61,688 nucleotides of DNA from a virus (lineage: Duplodnaviria > Caudoviricetes), in the IMG/VR virus record IMGVR_UViG_3300034104_001758, positions 1 through 61,688 of that record. One strand, 5' to 3'. The translations under genes were made by a program, and so were the position numbers. Every line of letters begins with the position of its first letter. The stretch's first letter is position 1. The notes below the pieces were generated by a model, which saw nothing but the letters and a program-made list of their open reading frames with translations, was not told the DNA's origin and searched no databases. Positions 55,801 through 61,688 of this stretch are shown piece by piece.

Positions 55801-56460
55801 CTTGATGATGTTGCCGATGGCGTAGATGACGCGGCTCAAAGAGCGGCTGACCGACTTAAAAGAATTACAGATGCGGCTAAGTCTGCATTGGCTGAAATTC
55901 AAAAACAGGCTCAAGAAGTATTATCTTTTTCAGACACAGTTAAAAAAGCAATTACAGATTTTGGCGGTATTTCAAGTTTGGCTCCTGAGCAAGGAGTTCC
56001 AGTTACCGCAAACATGATTATTGACAATATGCGTCAGCGTCTTGCCAAGATTACTAAATTTGGTAATGACTTGCGTGCTCTTGCTGGAATGGGTCTTAAT
56101 AACGCATCGCTTCAGGAACTTATTCAAGCAGGTCCTATTGCTGGTGGCACAATGGCGGCGGCGTTGCTTAAAGAAGGTCAATCAGCCGTTACTCAGGTTA
56201 ATACTTTCCAAAGCGGTATTGACCTTGCAGGTTCAGCGGTTGGTGACATCGCCGCTCGTTCTCAATTTGGTATGGGAACGGTTGAAGCCCAAGGCGTAGT
56301 AAATACAAGAATTGAAGTTAAAGAAGGCGCAGTTCAAATTGTATTTGGAGAAGGAATTGATTCCGAAACTAAGACAGACATAAGAGAAACGGTAAATGAC
56401 GCTATTAAGGAAGCAATGGCTGAATTAGCACGCGAAATAGCAAATTCGAGGACTGCATAA
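52858..56460 (+). CDS. tape measure protein
   Basis: 1200 aa, Ala/Gly amphipathic repeats, ANPVG..I, W..SETFR. Confidence 0.9.
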   Translation: MADAIVTDVLARISADASNFVRNMNQAAQTADNFGGSLRNAGNAINGTNQQIQGLAGGASLAHKTMMGLGTVTAIAGGAMIAFGVKSFYAAAQVNEMDVAMRAVGNSTGLGYTAMRQATIAVRDNGIEMASAQQMVLLYAKAQLNLADASKVARVAQDLAVLSGANSTETAMRLTYAIMNQDTLMLRHLGITKTASQAFEEYARANNTSAKALTEFEKKQAITNMVVAEGGKVFGVYEAAMKEPAKVLRSFPRLFNEMQVSVGQGLTKAFGPLILSTYNAVKAFTALVNEGGALTPIVDAIGRAFVYATAPITAVMEAIGKFLTKMQVLSKGAERVKEHVYGVAGSAEMLEAKTKALSETFAKFLPLIAAVGTALSLKVGKELTAGIPILGRFVSAFHPLVGALLAFVLTSPAIQNALGNLISAFSPLIDLFKGSADTIGGAFTGAINIVAGAINVLASGVRTVTEFIARNAETVKILVGVLLGAYAAYRLITGAMVVYNTILRIVQTAQLQYHLLMMGTTTSVGKLTKAMGLLKAAFLANPVGAIIAGIAILVAAFVLAWKRSETFRDVMTEVFNTVAKYAGIYIAYLLRTLAKIIGAFGSLMEQGNVFRSIFVGYINTVAKAYGWAISTILGAFANFIGGISRLLESNEGLRKGLITIINGFANAYRFVFGDMLGVLADFILKLADFLGSNERFRKGFVVIFNGVAKALGYVVGFLLDSLAFFLTGLANVIGKVSGFGKGMVSLFNAIGTGVTKALGNLWDKVKGFFNKLTTPVKAILNALGFDKIAKGIETVAGSLGSFTKGVFNFADKSEAALRSMAKTLGTAADNARKFTAKDFGSAIYDSTVAALTKTGTALKKFSDNVKKSNPYKDVGTGMVSSIISGFAKAETVIQGWANKIKTFSEKDFGGAIADYIVRAAQTASDWLNSAADKVLEFTGEDFVGNVAEAVGNFTDLIGGMFDDLTNAGETIETIFDNVGDGLDDVADGVDDAAQRAADRLKRITDAAKSALAEIQKQAQEVLSFSDTVKKAITDFGGISSLAPEQGVPVTANMIIDNMRQRLAKITKFGNDLRALAGMGLNNASLQELIQAGPIAGGTMAAALLKEGQSAVTQVNTFQSGIDLAGSAVGDIAARSQFGMGTVEAQGVVNTRIEVKEGAVQIVFGEGIDSETKTDIRETVNDAIKEAMAELAREIANSRTA

Positions 56461-58259
56461 TGGCTGTAACAACTATTCGTCCAGATGCCGATGGTACTGG
56501 AGTTGCAAACTTTTTAAAAGTTGGCGCGGCGGCAACTAAAGTTGCTGGTCTTGCTGACGATGTAAATACCACTGGAATTAAAAAAGATGGTTCGTTAACT
56601 GGAACTCAAAAATGTTCTTTTTTGTTTCCAAATACAGTAACTCTTTCTGCTACTGAAAAAGTAAGGCAAGTTCGCCTACGAGTAAAAGTTAAAACACCAG
56701 ATAACACAGGAAAGTTTGATGCTCAGTTAGGTATTTTGCTTTCAGGAACTTCAAGTTATACAACCCCTATTGCAGTACGAGGACAATTTACAACTGAAAC
56801 TCTTTTTACTGGGGCTTGGTATTCCAGTGCTCCTGATGGACAAGAGTGGACACAATCTAGATTAGATGGCTTACGCGCTCAATTTAGTGAGTACAGAGAA
56901 GATACATTTCAAGCGACTTTAAATGAAGTTTACATAGACATTGATGTTGCAAGCCAACCAACTGTCAATGTAACTTCGCCAACTTCTGCTACTGATTTAA
57001 GCACCGCTACAATTACGATTGCTTCTCCAGCAGTTATTACTAATAATGCACATGGATTAACTCTTGGAACACCCGTATTCTTTACAACAACAGGTGCACT
57101 ACCAACTGGTTTAATACAAAACAATGTTTATTATGTAACAAATCCAGCCACAAACACTTTTAATCTTTCAACTACTTATGCAAATGCAGTTGCAGGAACA
57201 AAAATAAATACAACTGGTACTCAATCTGGTACCCATACCCTGTTTTCAATGTCAGTTGTTTCAGCAACTTCATCTCCTACACTCGAATGGACTTACACAG
57301 ACAGCGATGGAGACCAACAAGACTATTATCAAATTAAAATTTTTAGTTTTGCTCAATACACAACAGTTGGTTTTAACCCAGTTTCATCTGTTCCAGTTTA
57401 TGACTCTGGAGAAATTGCTTCAAATGATTTAAGCACTGGTGTTACTGATGGAACTTTGTTAGAAGACGGAGTTTATCGTGTTTACATTCGCGCTGGTAAA
57501 GTTATTGCTGGAAACATTCTTTACTCAGATTGGGATTATAGTCAATACGTTCAAGACGTTGCTCCGCCAACAGTACCAACTTTAACCGCTACTTATGATT
57601 CAAATTCTAATTATGTAACCCTTAATGCAACTGGCGCGAGTATTTCTGGTCTAGGTTTTGATTCTCAGTATTTCAAAATTATGCGCTCTGATGACGGAGC
57701 AACTAATTGGGTTAATGTAAGAGGAGCGATAAATGTTGTCCCAGATGGCTCTTTTATAGTAAGCGTTATTGACCACGAAGCCCCAAGAGGTCAAAGTGTT
57801 TTATACAGAGTTCATTCTGTTGGTGTTGATGGCGAAAATCTTTCTGTTTCAAACTGGTCGTCTAGCGTGTCTGTAAATGTTACTAATGACAAAACTTGGT
57901 GGTTTAAAGCAGTTAACGACTCTGATTTAAACATCGGTGGAGTAAAAGTTGCTAATGGAACACAAGAAGGTTTTGTGGAATCAGTTGCAATTTTTAGACC
58001 TTTGGGAAGAACCACTCCAGTAGTTGTTGCTGGTTATGTTTATGGAAATGATGGTCAATATACAATTACGGCTATAAGTGATTCTGAGTTCAACAGTCTT
58101 GTTCCAATACTACGCTACCAAGGAAAATTGCTAGTTCAAGACCCATACGGAACACAAAAATACGTCCGTTTATTAAGTCGCTCTTGGCAAGCAGGTGGAA
58201 CTTCTGGAAGGCGTTTACGAAGAATTTCAGTTGATTATGTTGAAATTGAGGCGTTTTAA
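56460..58259 (+). CDS. minor tail protein
   Basis: Beta-rich, FN3-like repeats, D.EAP, follows the tape measure. Confidence 0.7.
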   Translation: MAVTTIRPDADGTGVANFLKVGAAATKVAGLADDVNTTGIKKDGSLTGTQKCSFLFPNTVTLSATEKVRQVRLRVKVKTPDNTGKFDAQLGILLSGTSSYTTPIAVRGQFTTETLFTGAWYSSAPDGQEWTQSRLDGLRAQFSEYREDTFQATLNEVYIDIDVASQPTVNVTSPTSATDLSTATITIASPAVITNNAHGLTLGTPVFFTTTGALPTGLIQNNVYYVTNPATNTFNLSTTYANAVAGTKINTTGTQSGTHTLFSMSVVSATSSPTLEWTYTDSDGDQQDYYQIKIFSFAQYTTVGFNPVSSVPVYDSGEIASNDLSTGVTDGTLLEDGVYRVYIRAGKVIAGNILYSDWDYSQYVQDVAPPTVPTLTATYDSNSNYVTLNATGASISGLGFDSQYFKIMRSDDGATNWVNVRGAINVVPDGSFIVSVIDHEAPRGQSVLYRVHSVGVDGENLSVSNWSSSVSVNVTNDKTWWFKAVNDSDLNIGGVKVANGTQEGFVESVAIFRPLGRTTPVVVAGYVYGNDGQYTITAISDSEFNSLVPILRYQGKLLVQDPYGTQKYVRLLSRSWQAGGTSGRRLRRISVDYVEIEAF

Positions 58260-59531
58260 ATGTATCCAGTAACCCCTGAATTTTTAAAAGCCATAAGATA
58301 CACTCATAATTCTACCGTGCGTGTTGAGGTTCGTTCTGCTGGAAGAACAGTATTAATTCTTTACCCTAATAACGGTTCTGTAAACGTAGATTCAAGAAAT
58401 CTTGCTCGAAGAACAATGAATTTAACTCTTTCGGATGATTCAACAAGAAGCACTTTAGTGAGAGTTCCTATCTTTAACACTTACTCTGATGTTGCTACGG
58501 ACTATGTTGATTATGATTCTGTCTTAGATTTTGCTTCTGCTTATCCAGTAATTAAATTTATTTCAAGATTTGATGTTGATTTACCTCCCGCAGAATTTGT
58601 TCCAGAAACGGGTTTTTCCCCATTAAGTCCATTCGGTAACGAAATTTACATTTGGCGAGGTATCGAATACTCAGATGGTTCTGTAGAAGATGTTCCACTT
58701 GGAGTTTTTATTATTACCAATGTAGAAGTTACAGACAATGACCAAGGTGTAACAATAAGCGTAAATGGAGTTGACCGCGCTTTAAAAGTTGCTAGAAACA
58801 GATGGACTGCCCCGTATGTTGCCGAAGAAGGAAATTTAGTAGACATACTTACTGATGTTCTCGTAGATAGATTTACAGACATAGAAATAGATTTTCCAGA
58901 AATAGATTTACAAATTAATCAAGTTGTTTTTCAAACTGGTTCTGACCCTTGGGCTGGAGCAGTATCAGTTGCAGAAAAATCTGGATACGATTTGTTTTTT
59001 GACGCGGAAGGAGTGTGTAAATTAGAGCCTTTCCCTGACCCATCTACTGCTACCGCTTCGACTTTTTACATAGAAAACGAAGAAGCAATGCTTCTTGGCA
59101 TAAATAGAAGAATTACTACTGAGTACACTTACAATGGAGTAATTTTAACTGCCGAAGGAACAGCAATGCTTGAACCTTATCGAGCCGAAGTTTGGGATGA
59201 TGACGTCAACTCTCCTACTTACCGATACGGTCCATTTGGCGAAGTTCCAATTTTTTTAACTTCCACTCTTTTAACAAGTATTGAAGTTGCTCAATCTACT
59301 GCTCAAAAATTGTTAGGACGTTACACAGGAGCGGCTGAAGAGATTTCTTGGGCGCAGGTAGTAAATCCAGCCCATGATGTTTATGACATTGTTCAAATTC
59401 AAAATTCTGGAGCCAGAGTAAACGTGGTTTTAATTATTGATTCCATGACAATTCCCTTATCTCCAACGGATTCCATGTCAGCAAAAGCACGCGCAGTTCG
59501 TTTCTTAGCGGCAAACGTAGGGCTTAACTAG
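58260..59531 (+). CDS. minor tail (hub, DUF5047-like) protein
   Basis: MYPV...F..A.R, P.GNE...RG..Y.DG..E.VPLGVF, SPT...GPFG.VP. Confidence 0.75.
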   Translation: MYPVTPEFLKAIRYTHNSTVRVEVRSAGRTVLILYPNNGSVNVDSRNLARRTMNLTLSDDSTRSTLVRVPIFNTYSDVATDYVDYDSVLDFASAYPVIKFISRFDVDLPPAEFVPETGFSPLSPFGNEIYIWRGIEYSDGSVEDVPLGVFIITNVEVTDNDQGVTISVNGVDRALKVARNRWTAPYVAEEGNLVDILTDVLVDRFTDIEIDFPEIDLQINQVVFQTGSDPWAGAVSVAEKSGYDLFFDAEGVCKLEPFPDPSTATASTFYIENEEAMLLGINRRITTEYTYNGVILTAEGTAMLEPYRAEVWDDDVNSPTYRYGPFGEVPIFLTSTLLTSIEVAQSTAQKLLGRYTGAAEEISWAQVVNPAHDVYDIVQIQNSGARVNVVLIIDSMTIPLSPTDSMSAKARAVRFLAANVGLN

Positions 59532-59566
59532 GTAAAATTATGAGATTCGCAAAAGGAGATTTGTAA

Positions 59567-60931
59567 ATGGCAACAACAACAAGCGGGTTTAGATACCCCG
59601 TTTCTGCTGATGACCCAGACATCCCACGCGACATACGCCAGTTAGCGGAAGACATTGATAATTATTTAAACGCTACTGGCAGTGGTGCTTTTAATGGAGT
59701 TTTACCCGTTATTGACATTAACGGCAACTCAAGTACCGCAACTAAGTTAGCAACCTCTCGAACGATTTCTCTTGGCGGAAGTCTTTCAGGTACAGCATCT
59801 TTTGACGGTTCTGCAAACATTACTATTTCCGCAACAGTTGACCCTGTAGCGGGAACCATGCCAGTTGGTGCAATGACTCAGTATTTAGGAACAACCGCTC
59901 CAACTGGTTGGCTTTTGTGTGATGGCGCGAATGTTTCTCGTTCTACTTACGGTGGTCTTTTTACTGTTTTAGGCACTAGGTATGGCGCTGGTGATGGTGC
60001 CACTACATTTGCTTTGCCTGATTTGCGTTCTCGTTTTGCTAGAGGTTCTGCAAGCACAGCAAGTTTGTCGGGAACTGCTGGCGGTTCTGCTACTCACCAA
60101 CACACTAATACTGGTTTATCTACTGGTTCTGCTGGTGGGCATAATCACGAAGTTGACGTTCCTTCTTTTGATATAACTGGCGGTAGTCACGGGCACACTA
60201 TTACTGACCACACACATACAGGTCCTTCTCATACGCACCCTTTAACTGCCCACGACCACGCAGGTCCTTCTCATACACACCCTTTAACTGCCCACGACCA
60301 CACAGGTCCAAGCCATACTCACACAATGGCTCACGACCACACATTCAACCCAGTAACCACTACTTCGGACTCTGATTCACACAGCCACACAGATACTACT
60401 GGAACTCCGTCATATAGTGGAACCGCGGCGTTTGGAAGTACATCTGTAATTCCTGGGGTCCAACACACTCACTCGGTAAGCACTAGTTCAGATAGTCACA
60501 ATCACGATACCAACATTGGTGAAGGTGATACAGGTGCGTCAAGTGCCGCTAACACTGGTTCAAGTGGTACTGCCGTAACTGGTAGCGGTGCATTTGACGG
60601 CGCTTCTCCCGCTGGTGGTTCAGACAATACTCCTTTTGACATTACCGAAGCAAGTGGAACTGGTTCAACTGGAAACGGTTTATTTGATGGCGCTTCTCCC
60701 GCTGGTGGTTTGGACAATACCGCTTTTGACATTACCGAAGCGGGCGGAACTGGAAATACTGGACTTGGTGGCAATGATGCAAACACAAACACTAGCCATA
60801 CACACACAGTTAATCCTGCGGCGTTTAATACCTCTGGCGGAGAAGGTGCACACACTCACGGTCAAGGAACAAGTGATTCAGTTTCTAACATCCCGCCTTA
60901 CATTGACGTAAATTACATAGTTAAGATTTAA
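59567..60931 (+). CDS. tail fibre with collar domain and HxH repeats
   Basis: P.GWLLCDG..VSR.TY..LF..LGT.YGAGDG.TTF.LPDLR; PPYI.VNYIVK. Confidence 0.85.
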   Translation: MATTTSGFRYPVSADDPDIPRDIRQLAEDIDNYLNATGSGAFNGVLPVIDINGNSSTATKLATSRTISLGGSLSGTASFDGSANITISATVDPVAGTMPVGAMTQYLGTTAPTGWLLCDGANVSRSTYGGLFTVLGTRYGAGDGATTFALPDLRSRFARGSASTASLSGTAGGSATHQHTNTGLSTGSAGGHNHEVDVPSFDITGGSHGHTITDHTHTGPSHTHPLTAHDHAGPSHTHPLTAHDHTGPSHTHTMAHDHTFNPVTTTSDSDSHSHTDTTGTPSYSGTAAFGSTSVIPGVQHTHSVSTSSDSHNHDTNIGEGDTGASSAANTGSSGTAVTGSGAFDGASPAGGSDNTPFDITEASGTGSTGNGLFDGASPAGGLDNTAFDITEAGGTGNTGLGGNDANTNTSHTHTVNPAAFNTSGGEGAHTHGQGTSDSVSNIPPYIDVNYIVKI

Positions 60932-60934
60932 GTT

Positions 60935-61688
60935 ATGGCTAGAACAAGCCCGCAACCAAACAGACGCCCTTCCGTTAGCGGAAATTTTGATTTATTAAAA
61001 AGGGCACTCGCCACCGAAGGCAATTCAGTTCGTTTTCGCCAAGGTAAAATTATTGCTTATAGTTCTGGCACAAATACCATTGATGTTCAAATTGGTGGCG
61101 CTCTTGATTCTTTTGGAAATCCAGTTGTAACTCAGGGCATTAAACTATTTGGAAATTTTAGCCCTGACATTGACCAAGCGGTTTGGTTAGTTACTGACGG
61201 TCTTGACATTTTTGCTGTTGGTCAATTGGCTCCTTATGGAGGAGCAGTTGGAGCCACAGGAGCGGCGGGCAGTTCTGTTCTTAACGGAACAGGGGCGCCA
61301 ACTTTAGGAATTGGCTCAGTCGGAGATTTTTATATTGATACTGCTACTTATCAAATTTACGGTCCTCGAACTTCTCTTTCTTGGGGTAGCCCAACCTCTT
61401 TAATTGGTGCCACGGGTGCTACTGGTGCTACTGGAGCCACAGGTGCCACAGGCGCTACAGGAGCCACAGGAACAGCGGCGACTATCGCAGTTGGAACAGT
61501 AACCACTGGTTCAGCGGGTACTTCCGCAACTATCACAAATTCTGGCACGTCCAGTTCAGCAATTTTTGATTTTGCAATTCCTCGCGGTGACACAGGTGCC
61601 ACTGGAGCCACAGGTGCTACAGGAGCAACGGGTAACGCGGCGACTATCGCAGTTGGCACGGTTACTACTGGTAGCGCTGGAAGTTCGG
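60935..61688 (+). CDS. N-terminal part of collagen-like tail fibre (continues at base 1)
   Basis: ATG 60935, open to the window end; GDFYID.....YGP and GATGAT repeats. Confidence 0.8.
   Translation, partial: MARTSPQPNRRPSVSGNFDLLKRALATEGNSVRFRQGKIIAYSSGTNTIDVQIGGALDSFGNPVVTQGIKLFGNFSPDIDQAVWLVTDGLDIFAVGQLAPYGGAVGATGAAGSSVLNGTGAPTLGIGSVGDFYIDTATYQIYGPRTSLSWGSPTSLIGATGATGATGATGATGATGATGTAATIAVGTVTTGSAGTSATITNSGTSSSAIFDFAIPRGDTGATGATGATGATGNAATIAVGTVTTGSAGSS

Noticed and set aside
61357-61659. Minus-strand VAPVAP ORF
   Set aside because: Shadow of the collagen-like GAT repeats.
1-61688. Integrase, tRNA, DNA polymerase, reverse transcriptase/DGR
   Set aside because: No recognisable motifs by eye; a tRNAscan and HMM search would be needed to exclude them firmly.

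Overview
The window looks like an essentially complete, circularly permuted genome of a tailed dsDNA phage (siphovirus-like, long tape measure). The host is probably an Actinobacterium (WhiB, actinobacterial-type transglycosylase); the moderate-to-low GC suggests freshwater acI-like hosts (inference). Modules in order: recombination/replication (1.8-6.9 kb), terminase (8.7-10.8 kb), lysis (12.3-13.3 kb), about 40 small early genes behind a repeated promoter (16-27.9 kb), DNA modification (27.9-29.5 kb), portal-MuF-effector array-protease-capsid (29.6-46.1 kb) and tail (46-61.7 kb, wrapping to 1.1 kb). I recognised no integrase, DNA polymerase, tRNA or CRISPR. The main candidate new system is an 11 kb array between MuF and the prohead protease. 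In it, 13 copies of a 15-aa tag, KHxxGxHDQxxHGxW, each precede a different enzymatic domain (ADP-ribosyltransferases, zincins, GNAT, ParB-like, Apk2-like alarmone synthetase). Each tag follows a hydrophobic-x-K site like those in the scaffold, and the putative immunity domain of the last toxin is fused to the protease. A second highlight is a C5 DNA methyltransferase with Arg in place of the motif X Asn next to a CmoA-like gene, predicting 5-carboxymethylcytosine DNA. All family calls are by-eye motif recognition; no searches were run.
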